Positions 18,694 to 41,722 of a DNA stretch of 64,000 nt are shown here, piece by piece. Each line of letters opens with the position of its first letter. The first letter of the stretch is position 1. The stretch comes from the human T2T-CHM13v2.0 reference genome, Homo sapiens. The position numbers were made by a program, and so were the translations under genes. The notes under the pieces were generated by a model. That model searched no databases. It saw only the letters and a list, made by a program, of their open reading frames with translations, and was not told where the DNA came from. The stretch lies in the NCBI RefSeq assembly GCF_009914755.1, contig NC_060946.1, one strand, 5' to 3'.

Positions 18694-20040
18694 TTGTCTT
18701 TTGATTTGTCTTCCCTGGAAAGAGTCCTCCTGGCTGTCAGGAGGGCTTTCCCCTTCAGATACATTCATTGCCAGAGGAGCTATCCAAAGTGCCTTTATTT
18801 TTCCGTTTTTCGTCACCTCGACCATCTTCGCCATCATTTGAATCACTGTCTACAGCAGGGAGCTCAGGATCCAGAGGGGGGCTCATACAGGGCTGTGTTT
18901 AATGGCAGGTACCAGAGCTCATCTGGTGAGTACCTTTTATAATATTCCTCAAACTGTCGAACTGTCAGGGGATGAGACCCACTGGGTAAGAACTAATCAT
19001 TGTTTGCTCTGTTGGCAAAACTTTGTAATTCCCTTGAGGCACCTGGATAACATGTGTCTGCAAGTCAAAATAAGCTCTTCTTTCTTCCATGCGTTCCCAG
19101 TTTACGTTGCTGTTAAATTCAGCTGCTTTTTTGGCAGCTTTCTTAATATCCTCAGGCACTTTACTGGCTTCAACTTTCTGAGTATTCTGTTGTTGCATTT
19201 GGGAATACTCTTTATAATGGTCTGTAATTCGCTGACATTCATTTTCTTGTAGAATAACAGAATACTCAGCATGTTTGGCTGGATATTCTTTTATCATTAA
19301 ATCAATCACTTCATCACTGCGCAATGCTGTTATACCTAGCATGCACTGAGTTTCAGTAATGACTTTAGCTCTCTCAGGTAGAGTTTCTCCTTGTGAGACA
19401 AATCTCGCTCTAAATCTGGATATTTCCTTTTAAAGGAGGTCACACCCAAATATTCACTGACTTGTTATTGAAGCATATAGTATTCTCCTATTTCATCAGG
19501 TGGCCTTTTGTACTCTATCAAATTTTCTGCTGGATAGTGACTAAAGCCAAGATCTTGACTTGAAGTTTCATAACTATTAGAACTACCTCCTGAGCCCATT
19601 CACCTCCTTTTGGATGGCTGGGTCCCATCATTTGAATTATCTTCATTATCATCCTTCCGGGACTGTGCTCCGGGGCTGGCTGGGTCACTGTCGCAGGCAC
19701 GCAGCGGGGACAGCTCAGCCCCAGTTCCTGCCGCCATTGCCTCCGCCTCCTCCTGGTGGCCGCTGGGACCCCCCCACACCGCCCCCTCCTCCCAGGGGCA
19801 GGCACCGCCATGGCTGCAGCCTGCACACCAGGGTGCCCAAGACTGGGAGGGTGCCTGGTGCAGGCCGGAGGCTGCCGAGCTCCACTTCAGCCCCACCGCC
19901 ACCTCCTCAGCGCCGCTGCCCCGCACAGCTGCGCCACTGGCTTCAGCACCACGGTGACTCCCTTCAGCCCCTTCGCTCGCCTCAGCCCCGGGGCCGCCTG
20001 GCTCCCCACGCCCGGCATTGTACTCGGCCACAGCTCCCCC
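18694..20040 (-). pseudogene. PHF10P2: Processed pseudogene of PHF10 (BAF45a), 3'-truncated before the PHD fingers
   Basis: Intronless match CDSDPASPGAQSRKDDNEDNSNDGTQPSKRR / [28 protein letters not shown] / [23 protein letters not shown] at 19737; stops at 19600-19602, 19465-19467 and 18965-18967. The P2 suffix is from memory and the 5' boundary is approximate. Confidence 0.9.
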
Positions 20041-20092
20041 TAGCTAGCAGCGTGCCCCTAAACCCTTCTTTAGAAGGCAAAAAGTCTTTCTA

Positions 20093-20369
20093 GGCCGGGT
20101 ACGGTGGCTCACGCCTGTAATCCCACCACTTTGTGAGGCCAAGGCGGGCAGATCACCTGAGGTCAAGAGTTCAAGACCAGCCTGGCCAACATGGTGAAAC
20201 CCTGTCTCTACTAAAAAAACTAGCTGGGTGTGGTTGCATATGCCTGTAAACCCAGCTACTTAGGAGGCTGAGGCAGGAGAATCGCTTTAACCTGGGAGGT
20301 GGAGGTTGCGGTGAGCTGAGATCATGCTACTGCACACTCCACCCTGGGCGACAGAGCAAGACTCCGTCT

Positions 20370-20408
<39 letters not shown>
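20093..20408 (+). mobile_element. AluS with ~38-nt pure A tail
   Basis: Dimer with shortened linker; A run 20371-20408. Confidence 0.95.
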
Positions 20409-20410
<2 letters not shown>

Positions 20411-20763
20411 TCTTCCTGTATTTGTCCTGGATGTTTATATTTGCACTATAAATGAAGAAAGAGTGCTAAGCAAACGGGCACTGGAAAGACAGCGGGTGGG
20501 GTGTCTGAGGTCAAGCTCAACGGACAACAGACATTTCACATTCACACAAGCATTTCACAAAAGCCGTCATGTGTGTCTACCGGATTTGCTCATTATAATT
20601 GTCTATTTTTTTTGAAATAGGCTTGCTCATATTTAATTAGCTTGAATTGTGTTACAATAAATATTATAGTGCTTTAAGAAAAATGTCTGAAACCTTTGAG
20701 GCAGGTACAGAGGGAAGGTTTTCCCATATAGGCTGCACGTGTGCATGTTCGGGCCCACGCTAC

Positions 20764-29253
<8,490 letters not shown>

Positions 29254-31484
29254 TGGGTCATAGTTGATGGCGATGGCATGCTGGATGTCGTCCAGCTGCA
29301 GCACGATGTCGGTGAAGTCCGGTGTGTCCAGCGAGACCCTCCATTGGTCCGTCTACCGGGCCAGCAGCAGGACCTCCTTGGCTCCTGTGGGGACAGGTGC
29401 AGTGGGCCAGGCAAGGGAAAAACTCAGCCAGGTCCCCAGGGCTCTCCTTGCAAAGGCTGGTAATGTTAGGTGACACGCACCCAGCCCATGCTACGTGGTC
29501 ACTCGTTCATCCTCATGACAGGTCTGGGAGGCTGGCACTGTTTTCTCATTTTATAGATGAGAGAACTGAGGCACAGAGCCAGGCCATCAGGCTTCAACCG
29601 CTGGATGGGAGCTGCCTCACAGTCCCCCTTGTCTTCTGCCAGCCCCTCTCCTGGCCACACACCAGCCCCAACCACAAGTCCCACCGGGTACCGAGCTGAA
29701 GACCCACCTGCTGGCCGTGCTGCTCAGCGTCCCCAGCACACCCACCCCACCTTGCAGGGGCTCACCCTTCCCGCCCAGCTCAACGCCACCTCATCCCTGA
29801 AGCTCTCTCCCTCCCCTCCACCAACGAGGGCAGCTTCAGGTCCCAGGACCGTGCCTGGGGGGGCTCCTAGGCAGGACCAAACGTACCCATCAAGTAAATC
29901 ACCCTCTTTACTCACTGCCCAGATGCTCCCGGGTCACTGAGATGAAGGGAAACCCTGGTTCCGAAGCCCAGGGGCACCTAGAGCTAACACAGAGTTTTGT
30001 GGCCACTTGAGACACCAGGCAACACAGGTGCAAGATGAGAAACACCTCCAGGGCATGCGTTCTGGTCACGGCTAGACCCAGGGCCCTGGCTCCTTGGATG
30101 GGGCTCCACCGTGGCCTCCACACAGCTAGGCCATCAGAATGTAGCGATGACCCCCAGTAACTCAGACCTGGTTTCTAAACAGGGTCCCACAGAGAACAGG
30201 TAAGGCACTGTCCATGCACTTCCAACTGCGTTTCAGAACCACCCCATGAAGCAACCACCCCACAGCCACCTGGGTCTCTGCTGCACCCCAGGCCCAAGCC
30301 TGCTGCTGGCTAAGCAGGTTGAGGCCAAGCCTCTCCAAGCATGGGTGGACAGGCTTCAGGGTGGCACTTACGCAGGTGGATGAGGGGAGAGCCTAGTCCT
30401 CTCAGGATGTCCCTGCAGACAGGCTGGACACAGCTGGGGACAGGAGGATGCTGAGGTGATTCTGGTCTCAAAAACCCCCTCTCTAGCTGAGGGAAAGATT
30501 TGCCGGACCTCAAGATTCGCACATATTAAATCCCCAAGGAAAGTTCTCTGCTCTGGGCATCTGTGCCTTGCCAAACTCACCAGCGTGGCCTGACAGCGTA
30601 CGGCCGGCACAAGAGAGGCTCGACTCAGGCTCTCTCGGCAGCCACAGCAACACTCAAGAGAGCAGCTGAGCAGCAGGGCCCAGGGATCAGCTGTGGACGG
30701 GGTCCTGCTGCTCAGGCCCAGCAGCATGTAAACCCAAAGACCCCCCACCACCCACTCCACAGGACACCCCCCCAAGCTTTCACCCATGGCCCTCCAGTGG
30801 GCTTCTAAGTTTGGGGGGCAGGGGCGGTTACAGGATTCTCTTATGAACCCCCTGTGGCCCACCTTCTACATGCTCCTGACCCCCAGGGCCCGGGGATCCA
30901 CACACAGTGGCATCAGCATTTCTGATTGTGTCCTATGACCCCCGCAGTTGGGATTTTTCAGAGTTTCCGGCAGAAGTTGCACGTGGAGACCCATGCAGAC
31001 TCGGGGCCCCCAGGGTGCCCCATAACCCTGACACGGATCCTTCTGAGGCTGCTGGGGTCAGGATGTGGCTCCCTCCCCGAGTTAGGGCATTGTTCACTGA
31101 TTTGTTCCAGACCTTTCTGGTTTCAAGGATGCACAGAGCCAAGAAGGTCAGGGTCAGAGATCCCCCCTCAACATCATGTGGCCATGCCCCCACAGTCACA
31201 ATCCGCATGGGGGCCCGGGGCTGAGCCAGCCCAGAGCATCCCTCATGCCCTGGCCCCTAGACCTGGCCCTGCAGCCAACTGCCAGGTCTCCTGAGTGCCC
31301 TACCAGGCTGCAGCCTTCAGCCTTCAAACAACAGTAGCCCCCTGCGCCCAGGCTCTGGCTGTTGCCAGGAGGAATGCAGAGACCTGAAGAGCTGTTCCAG
31401 GATCCCGGCGTCCAGCATTTCAAGGAAGGACAGGAGCCCCTTCTGAATCCTGCTCCAAGCCCCCTCGTGCATAATCCGATTCAT

Positions 31485-31498
31485 CCACTAGAGGGCGC
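31485..31498 (+). promoter_or_regulatory. Candidate CTCF site
   Basis: CCACTAGAGGGCGC consensus core; motif match only. Confidence 0.55.
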
Positions 31499-32417
31499 CC
31501 AGGTGATGGTGACAGCGGCACAGGCCCAGGGCTAGGGAAACGGAGGCAGGCAGGCTGGGGACAGTGAGGTGGAGGCAGCACTCAGAAAGTGCCCCAACTG
31601 CCTGGCTACAATGGAAATCTCTGAGAGCCAAATTCAGATCTGGTCAGAGGCGTCTGATTTGGTGTGTACTGGTAGGGGGAGGGGGATCTCTGAATTTCAA
31701 CAAGTTTTCTCCCTCTAGGCTCCACTCCCAAAATGTTCTGTTGACATTGGACCTGTCCTTCAAGGCCCAGGTCACACGGCACCGCCTCCTCAGGGAAGCT
31801 GTTCCTCCCCACACCCCGGTGGATGGCTGTCCCGTACCCCCAGTCTGCCCCATGGCCAAGGCACCACCCCTACTGGCTCACTGGGGTCCTGGCAGAAGCC
31901 CTCTGCTCTCCACAGCCCCTAGCACAGCCCCACGTCCACAGCAGCGCTACATCCAGGGATGAGCAGGGAGAATCTGAGACCGAAAGCTCTGGGGCCTGCC
32001 CGTGCTTGGTGACCTCGGGCAGGTTCCTGCCCCTCTCTGGGCCTGTCTCCTCATCCACAGTGAATAACAGCCAGGGCTGATGGTGCCTGAGTCCCTGTCT
32101 AGCTATGACTTAGAGGGGACCATAGACTCCACGAAGGGTCCCTGCTTAATCAGCCACGGTGGGGAGATCACAGTCCTGGAAGTCCTCCAGGGCTTGGCTG
32201 GGAAGAGCCCTGTCCACACGGTGTCTACAGAACTTTCCAACGAGACTGCCAGGCACAGCGTGAGACGAATCACGCTTGACCTCAGCAGTGTGTCCATCAC
32301 GGCCCCACAGAGAACGCCAGTGCCAGACAGAAACCGGCATTTGATCCCAAAACACATTCCAAGCCTGCCTTGCTAGCTAGTTCCCTCCGTCGTCCTAAGA
32401 AATCACTAAAGTACGCT

Positions 32418-32705
<288 letters not shown>

Positions 32706-34229
32706 TCATTAAAGAACACAATTTTCACACACTACCCCTCGAGCTATGAGGATGCCCCATCCTACTGACAAGGACCCCAATGCTCAGAGAGGGTAGGCTC
32801 CCGGCCCAAGGACACACAGCTGCAAGAGGAAAGCTCACTTCACTTCGCTTCCTCAAATACTTCAATCCCAGGAGCCAGCACATCCAGGAAGCGCGTTTGT
32901 CACTTGATGCCTGGCTGCCTCCATCATCCCACCAGTATCTCTGTAGGAACCTACTTCAGGCCAGGCCCTGGACCAGCTGCTAGGGAAGGAGAGGTGGATG
33001 AAACAGACTTGGGATCTGCCCTCTGGACGCCCTTGGGGTCACAGGGCAGAGACCTTAGGTGAACGACACCATCCGTGAATACACAGCCACAAACTGTACT
33101 GTGAAGGCAGGCTAGGGTTATGGGGTACGTGCAGGGGACCTGCTGAGATTGAGAGGTCTGTTCTCCAGCTCAAGAGCCTCTGGGATTTAGGTAGCTGTCA
33201 CCATGTGGCAGGTTCTGGCGGGGCGTCCCAAATGGGCCTAGAACCTTCAGGGACTGAGCACACCCAGCCCTAGCCCTCTGTTAACTAGGTCAGCAAAGGG
33301 CCTCCAGTTCCACCATCAGGAACCCATTCTCGGCATCCCATCCAATTACTTAGGAATAAATCAAACCTCTGTGGTGAAGCAGTCCTTTCACTGCTGGGAT
33401 GAATCTGTAGGTGTTTACTGACTCCAGGGAGGAGTCTCTGACACGCCTCAGGCTGCAAGGCCCCTGAGGTTTTTGAATTTTGCAGAGATTGTGACACCTG
33501 GGAGAGAGCCAGGACCCAACCTATTTGCCTGAAGGTCTGAGTGAGCTGTGAGCAGTACAGAGGTGACCCCAGTGTGGTGGGGACTCTGTCCAGCCAGGCT
33601 GGCAGGGAGCAGCTGCAGAGAGAGTCCCACCAGCCTGGGCTCTGCCAGATGCCTGCCAAGGCTGGTGCCCACAGCTGGCCTCCAGGAGGTTGTGTGTGTA
33701 GTGAGGTCCGGGCAGCAGCCATGGCCACAGGTAAGCAGGCCTGGGGTTGGGAGGGGCAGGTGCAGGGGACTGTGTTGGGCTATAAAGAAGAGAGGCCAAC
33801 TCCTTCCCTGGGACCAGCTACAGAGCCTTGGTAGGAGTTTTTCAAACACCAAGGAAGTAAATTGTTTGGAAACTAACAGTTTGGCCAAATGGTTTTCTTT
33901 GGGGTTGTTTAAACAAACAGCCAGCCCCACAATGTTGCCGGAAAGTGAAACCTTCCCCTCGCCCGAGCCTCCTCCAGGCGGGTTTCTGACCTCTCCCTTC
34001 CTCCTTGCACGCATGCAGGAGAGAAGGGCCACATCCCTTCCACGAGCCAAGCACAGGGCAGGGGCAAGGGCCAGGCAGGGTACAACTTCCTGGTAAGCAG
34101 CCTTGTCCTCAAAAAGCAGTCCTAAGGGATGGGCCAGTGTCATGGACATGTCTGTCCCTGCCCACCTCTGCCCCCGACCACATGGACACCCAGAACCTGT
34201 GGGGGGCTGCAGTGACACATCGCCGCCAA

Positions 34230-34630
34230 CCAGGTGGCTTCTAACATCAGAAATGTACCCCGCCGCCAAGACCTGCAACCCAGAAGTCAAATGTCAAGAC
34301 ATCTTCAGGGACAGACTCTCTCTGAAGGCGCCAGGGGAGGATCCTTCCTGGCCTCTTCCAGCTTCTGGAGTTGCAGGAAATACCTGGGGTTCCTTGGCTT
34401 GTGGCCGCCATCACACCAAGCCCTGCTCTGACTCCATGCAGCCTTCACCCGAGTGTCAGTGTCTGCTCTCCTGCTCTCATGAGGACACCAGCACCGTGGA
34501 TATAGGCCCCCTACTCCAGGGTGACCTTGTCCTTGCTTGATTACATCTGCCAAGACCCTGTTTCCAAATTAGGTCACAGACACAGGTTCCAGACGTCAGC
34601 ATATCTCCAGGGACACGACTGGACCCATAC
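34230..34630 (-). mobile_element. MLT1-type MaLR LTR
   Basis: ggaggatccttcctggcctcttccagcttctgg; ttacatctgccaagaccctgtttccaaa. Confidence 0.75.
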
Positions 34631-37600
34631 CCAGTGGGGAGCGGCGGGTAAGAGGAGCGCTTCAGTGGAAAGCCAGAGGCAAGTGTGCCAGGCAGGGGGG
34701 CGGCCTGGGCCACTGCACGGAGGCCAGAGAGAGGGTGGCCCGAACCTATCGCCAGGGCTGATCTGAACGTGGAGGCCCAGCGCCCACCAGCATTGACGTT
34801 GCCCCGCCCGCCACGGCTCTCTGCTGAGGCCCCAGTGCGTGCAGGATGCTGGTGCAGCTCCGAGCCCAGCCCTGTCCTCCAGGAAGCCTCAGGCAAACAG
34901 CCCGCCGTGCCTGCAGCAGATCCCAACCACAAAAGCAAAGAGACTGCCACCTTCACACAAAAGCCGGGAAGGAAATGCGCTCAAATGTCAATAGTGGTTA
35001 TCGTAGGACGGGTCCTATCCTTCCTTCCAGCTGTCGGACAGAGGTCAGCAAGCACTCTAGGAAGGGCCAGAGAGCAAATATGTTCGGTGCTGCGGCCTAC
35101 ACAGTCTCCTTCCCATCTCTTCAGCTCTGCCGCTGCTATGGGAAGGCAGCCTGCCTCAGACAACACAGCTGGGAGCAAACTTGACAGACGAACATCTGTT
35201 AAAACTCCGCTGGGTGAGCTGTGGCCGGTGGCCCACAAATCCCCAAGCCACACCCCAGCCTCATCTGGGCACTGCCGGGAGCACAGCCTAGCCACCCTCT
35301 GGACACGGCCCCGAGAGCCACCAGCCTGGGCACGTGTGGCCCAAGTGGCATGGCGCACGCCACTAAGCCCACTGCCCAAAGGCCCCCAACCAGGAGGGAT
35401 GTTCGGGCGACAAAAGTCAAAGCAACAGGGGCATGTTCCACCGAGGATGGGGCTGGAGGGGTGGCAGTGAGGGACAGCAGCTTCCAAGGACGGCAGTGGC
35501 AACTCCCAAATAAGGCCCCACTCCTGCTGTTTTTAGCTCATTCCACATACTTGGAAAAACATGGCAGAAACCGAAGCCAGCTGCTGCCTCGGTCCTGGGG
35601 TGGTGTGGAGGGGCTGGGGAGGCCGGGGGGCCCAGGCTCTGCACTCGACTGCTGGCGATGAGAGTGACTCTGAGCTGCAGAGAGCAGCATTGCAGCCGCC
35701 GTGGTCCCACTGAGCCCTGGCCACGCTGGGCAGCAGAGGGCTGCTCACAGGACATACCTGCCTTGTCTCATGGGGGCCACTTCAGGAGGGGCGGGAGAGC
35801 CAGGACACAGAGCCCAGGGCCAGCAATCACCCTGCAGCTCCAGGGCCATGTGAATAGTGCCGCCCTGCAGGCACACAGCAGCACAAGGACCCCCACACAT
35901 CCCTGCCTCTAGGGGGCTGCCTGTGCACCCCTAGGAATGCTACTCCCTGTCCCCTGGGTCCCGGCATGACCACCTTCTCAGCCCCTTACTTGGGGAAGGC
36001 ACCCGACTGCCTACACCAGGCTGGCTTTCATTTGCTCAAAATCAGGAAAAAGCAGAATTCAAGACATCACAGAAATGTCTTCGCCTCTAACTCCACGAAG
36101 CATAAACGGTCAGACACCCAGAAGAGAGTCCCAGGGACCCTTGAGTCTCACCTGAGGCTCTGGCTTCAAACCCCAAGATGTTTCCAGCTGTGCCAGCGCC
36201 GCCCCCGACAACTTACTGCACACAGGCCTCCCTTGGGAACTCGCAGATTTGGGCCCCACCTCCCCACCCTGTTCCTTCTCGTGGACTGGGTGGGTTGGGG
36301 TGGGGCTAGGGACTCTGGATGTGTCATAAGAGTCTGAGTGGTCCTGACACAGCTGGGCCCTGCCCCCATGCTGGTCTTCGCCCCACAGGAAAGGGAACCA
36401 CATGCCTGGAGCGCCCAGCACAGCCCCCTCTGTCCTCCCCAGGCTGCCTGCCAGCAGTGTGAGCTGTGCTCCCCATTGCCCCATCAGCCTCCCCAGCTCC
36501 TCCTGGCAGCACCCAGCCTTGGAAGCTACCTCTGATTGCAACCGTCGAAGGAACACTCGCTCTCTCAGCACTGACCCAGACGGCCTGCACCATCGCGCTG
36601 CTCGGCACGGCCCGCACGGCCATCCTCCAAACCCTGTGTAGTGGGGAGCATAATCACCCCTTTTACCAATGGGGAAACTGAGGCACCGAGAGGTTAAGTC
36701 ACTTTCACAAGGTCCCAACACAATGACCAAAAACAGAAAGCCAGCCCGCAAGTGGAACTAGGTGCTCCAAGTCCTGGGTCTGCCTGACACCGCATTTCCT
36801 CATCACCACAGTCCTCGGCAGGCTCCCAACTACAAACTAAGCCATGTCCTCCATCCTGAATCCTCTCAGCCTAAACGTCACTCCCAATGCCTCCCTCCGG
36901 AACAGGCACAAGTCCCACCAGCACACCCTCCTTCGTTATCTGCATTTCTGCCACCCCAGGGCCAGCTCCGGAGCCCTCACCACACGGCCTCTATCCTTCA
37001 CCCCCGGACACTGGACCTCACCAACCCACAGCCAGGAGATCCGCGTGTGACCCCAGGGCCTCCTCTGCCTGACTCTGAATTCCACTGCCCAACGTGACAC
37101 CTCGGAAGGCTCCCTGGGCACTGGCAGCCCTCCACGGGCACTGCGCCTTCCGGCAAGCTCTGACATCCGGCTGGTGAGGTGCCCTGCACGAGGCCTCTGC
37201 CCACCGGGACCTCAGAGTCGTGCTGTCAGCTACAACAAGCAACAGAATTTCACATTTTCTTCATGTTGCCCCTGTGTGAGCAGCTTCTATCTCCACACGG
37301 TTTTCAGTCGAATCGAGGTGAGGTGAGGCGTCTTCACCTCACCTCACCTCACCGTCCGCAGCCATGCTGCACAGTTAATTCATGCCCGCCAGGCACACAG
37401 CCGCAACACAAACGGGCGCCTGCCGCTTGGAAGGCCAAAGAGGAACAGAGAACAGCTACTGTGCTCAGGTGACAGGACTGTGGTCTTTTAACAAAACGTT
37501 TTCCTTTAATGTGATATTTTATGGCAAGGAATAAAACCTGGAGGGCAGGACGTTTGGATACTAACGCCCCAGGCTGCCATGTGGTCTGCTTTGTGAGGTC

Positions 37601-39327
37601 TGAAGCCCAAGCCCCATTCTGGCCCCACCCACAGATCCGTCTCTGACTCACCAACTTCAATGCCAGGCTCCGCCTGTCCTCCAACCAGAACATGAGTTCC
37701 TCATGGACAAAGCCATTTCTCACCCATCTCCATCTCCCTCTGGATTAAGAAATATGGAAAGATCTTCTAGAACCACCTCAAATTTGCAGAGAGCCACCTT
37801 GGTGACAAACCCTTGAAATGCTTCTGAGAAGAGTCTAGGTTTCTACTCAACTCTAAAACCTCTAGAAAACTCTATTTCCCCTTTTCCATACCAGCTGCCC
37901 CTGGAACACTTCAGCTTCAAAAGGGTCCAGGGCAGGGAGACAGAGAAGCCAGCATCCATGTCCAGCACTGCCCGCTTAATTAACCGGAAGCCCCGTGGGG
38001 CCCATCTCCAGGCACCCCTGAGGCCAGGCTGGGGAACCATGTTTACAAAAAAAGTGAATTGAAACGCTCACATCCTCATGCAAAACAAGACTCCCGGTTG
38101 CATCCTTCTGTCTCATCGAGGAGCATTGTTCTCTCTTTGACAGAACACCCAAACACAGCATCTGGAGCCAAAGCAGAAAGATTGAGGCTCAGAGTAAACC
38201 AGTCCCCGCACTGGCTGCATGTGGATGTTCCCAGCCAGAGTCCCACCCAGGCAGGGCCTCTAAATGACACAAAATGTTTCTCTCCTACATGCCTGTCATG
38301 CTCCGACTCAGTTATGTGTAAAAGTGCCTCTCACGGCTGGGGGCAAAAACAGTTTCCACAAGACCAGACAAAGCTGACCCTTGATGGCGGAGTCTCCAGG
38401 GAGTGTGGAGCTGCATGCTCAGCCCCTGTGGCCCTGACAGCTCTGGACTGGACAAGCTTCCAACAGGAAGGGCAGGGCGTGCTGCTAGTCCAGCGGTCCA
38501 ACCTCACAGGTGTCTGTGGTGTCAGCTCCATGCCACAGAACCACCAGGGCTGGGGCCAGAGCCACCAGGCCCCCTGCCAGCCTGCAGGGGCCTCCTTCTC
38601 TGAGTAGCCCACCCACCTTCTGTGGGCGCAGGCAGCCTCTTCTAATCACCACAGGGCCTGCCCCAGCTGACCCCCACCCACCCCCTTGCAGGAAAATGAG
38701 CCCTGAGGACTCCCCGGGGCTGCTTTGGGCCTGGACATGGAGACTGGGAGTGACATTTGCAGAAGGAGCGCAATGCCCTTGAAGGGCTCAGCCACAGGCA
38801 GCCAGTCCCCAGGGCTCAGAAGACCCAGCTGTCAGAACCCTGGGAGCCAGCAAAGAGCCAGCGGTTCCACCTAAGTCTATGGCCCCTGCCTCTACTGGTT
38901 GGAAAAGAAATCAACACCCCCTTACTGGCTCCCAATGACAGCCCACTCCCCCGGGTGTGGGAGGACTCTGGGACAATGCAGGCAAATCTGGACCCTGAGC
39001 GAACCTGCCCCGGCTCTCACGGGCCTGGCACCAGCCACAGCACCTAAGGCGCTGGTCATGGTGACAGCATGACGGTAATAAGTGCATGGACAGTGGACGT
39101 GGCAGGTGAACACTGGGCACCCACTGCATGCCAGGCACCGTCCACTCCTGGATGAGCAATGGCCCTTTGCAAGCCAGGGTAGCCTGGGCAAGTTATTTGA
39201 GGGTCTCCAGGCTTGTCCAGCTGTGCAACTTCACTGAGCCATGAGTCTGGGGTTTTATCAGGGCCCACACCCGTTCCTGGAACTCTGAGCCACACAGGGA
39301 CCCTTAACAAAAGCTCCCTGTGCAACA

Positions 39328-39480
39328 TGTTCTCCTGCCTCAGTCTCCTGAGTAGCTGGGATCACAGGCACGCCACTACCGCCTGGCTAATTTTTGTATT
39401 TTTAGTAGAGACAGGGTTTCACCATGTTGGCCACCATGTTGGCCAGGCTGGTCTTGAACTCCTGACCTCAAATGATCCTT
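39328..39480 (-). mobile_element. Internal Alu fragment
   Basis: Truncated at both ends; duplicated caccatgttggc. Confidence 0.85.
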
Positions 39481-39861
39481 CCCCTCTTGGGGCTAGGCGT
39501 CGACTGCACGATCTGCCTTTTGTGGGGGTTGTGTCTATCCCCCACTCCTTCGACAAATGTCCATCCCAGCCTTGCTTTGACACCCCAAGAGCAGAGATGG
39601 TGACCACACCTGCTTCCAGCATGCCCATTGCTCTCCCAGGGCAGACATCCTCAACAGACGCAACACAGCGTTTAGGCAGACATCACCAATCGATGGTGGC
39701 AACAGACACCAGGCCCTGCTCCCTCTAACTCCAGGGCCCTGCCCACCCCCAAACCACAGCAGTGAGACTCAGAAATGGCAAAAACACAAAGAGAAAAGAA
39801 ACGCCCCATAGCGGGAGGACAGCTAAAAGACATGTCTTGATAAGATATCCTTCAGGCACTA

Positions 39862-40130
39862 GGCCGGGCGCAGTGGCTCATGCCTGTGATCCCAGCACTT
39901 TGGGAGGCTGAGGTAGGCGGATCACCTGAGGTTAGGAGTTCAGGACCAGCCTAGCCAACATGGTAAAACCCCATCTCTACTAAACATACAAAAATTAGCT
40001 GGGTGTGGTAGCGGGCTGAGGCAGGAGAATCACTTGAACCTGGGAGGTGGAAGCTGCTGGGAGCCACTGCACTCCAGCACGGGCGACAGAGCAAGATTCC
40101 GTCTCCAACTCAAAAAAAAAAAAAAAAAAA
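39862..40130 (+). mobile_element. AluS with right-arm deletions
   Basis: Dimer with A tail. Confidence 0.92.
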
Positions 40131-40840
40131 TTCTTCGGACACTAAAACTCATGTCTTTGATACATATTTACCTCCTGCAATCGCAAATGTTTCTGCAATG
40201 CATAAGTGAAATAAATACCAGGAAGCCTTATGGTTCGATCACACGCACAGACACACAGTCACATACAGAAAAAATGCAGGCAGGGCTGGGGAACAAAAAA
40301 ACAAAAGAGAAGATAAAATGTGGAGACAGACACACCAAGAGAGTAAGAGACCACCTCCGGACCTCCGTTTAGCTTCTCAAACACACAGAGCAGGACCCGT
40401 TACAGAATTTGTGCAGACCACTGCAAAATGGAAGTCCAGAGAGCCCCTTACTCAAAAGGTAGGAATTTCAGGTCAACAACAACAGAGTTCACCTCATGTA
40501 ACTACACAGGTCGCACAGCCCATGAAGTCGGTCCCGACACCAACATGCTCCTGCCTCAGAGCCACCACATGTGCTGTTCCTTCTTGCCTTTCCCTCTTTT
40601 AGTCCTTCAGATCTCAGGCCTCCTGGGAGAGACCTCTGACCTGCCAGCTCAGGTGGCCACACCTGAGTACAGGAGTCTCCAGCTCAGCCCCTGCTGTGTC
40701 CCGTACCAGATCCAGGTCTGTCCTGACTATGTCCATCTGCGTGCCGGCATGCTTCCTGACATGGCCCCCATCACACGTGCGCCTCAGGGCAGGGGAACAG
40801 GCCCATCTCATTAACTGCTTTCTTCTCGGATATTTTATGA

Positions 40841-41227
<387 letters not shown>

Positions 41228-41646
41228 AAGCTGTCTGTTTTAAACCCATGCCACGTTCCAGTGATGCTCTCTCCCCTCCATCCCCCGGGCCTGACTATGG
41301 TGGCCACTCCCTGCCATCATGAGCCCCTATGTCCTCACTCTTTCCCTTTCCAACAGGACTTTGACCGACACACTGCTGAACGCAGGGTCCAGCTCCGGCA
41401 CTGAGTTCAGCCTCTTCTCACCAACAGACAGACAGGAAGGAGAGAAAACAAACTCTGAGAAGGCCAAGGTTCCCAGGCAGCCGGCAGGCCAAGCATCCTT
41501 CTCCGCTAAGGCTTGTGTGGCCGAGGCACCCCTTCCTCCGGGGAGCGGGCAGGGTCCTGAGGCAGTCTGCAAGGGAGACCAGGGCTTTGCTCCACCAGGG
41601 CCCAGGCATGGGGCAGCAGCAAACTCATGCCTCTGGGAGCCAGACC

Positions 41647-41722
41647 CCACCTGCTAGAACTTACTATGCCACCTGCTAGAACCTACCATGCTACCTGCTA
41701 GAACCTACTATGCCACCTGCTA
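41647..41722. repeat. 3.5 x 22-bp tandem repeat
   Basis: ccacctgctagaacctactatg. Confidence 0.92.

Noticed and set aside
19809-20043. + strand ORF with strong Kozak context (accgccATGg)
   Set aside because: Lies antisense within the GC-rich pseudogene leader; low-complexity product with no homology I recognise.
20631-20636. Minus-strand ATTAAA as the LRP5L poly(A) signal
   Set aside because: Plausible position, but a lone hexamer in AT-rich sequence; needs 3'-end data.
33448-35502. Long ORFs of 280, 261 and 173 aa
   Set aside because: GC-rich intronic sequence, overlapping ORFs on both strands, no recognisable domain, adjacent to or overlapping an MLT1 element.
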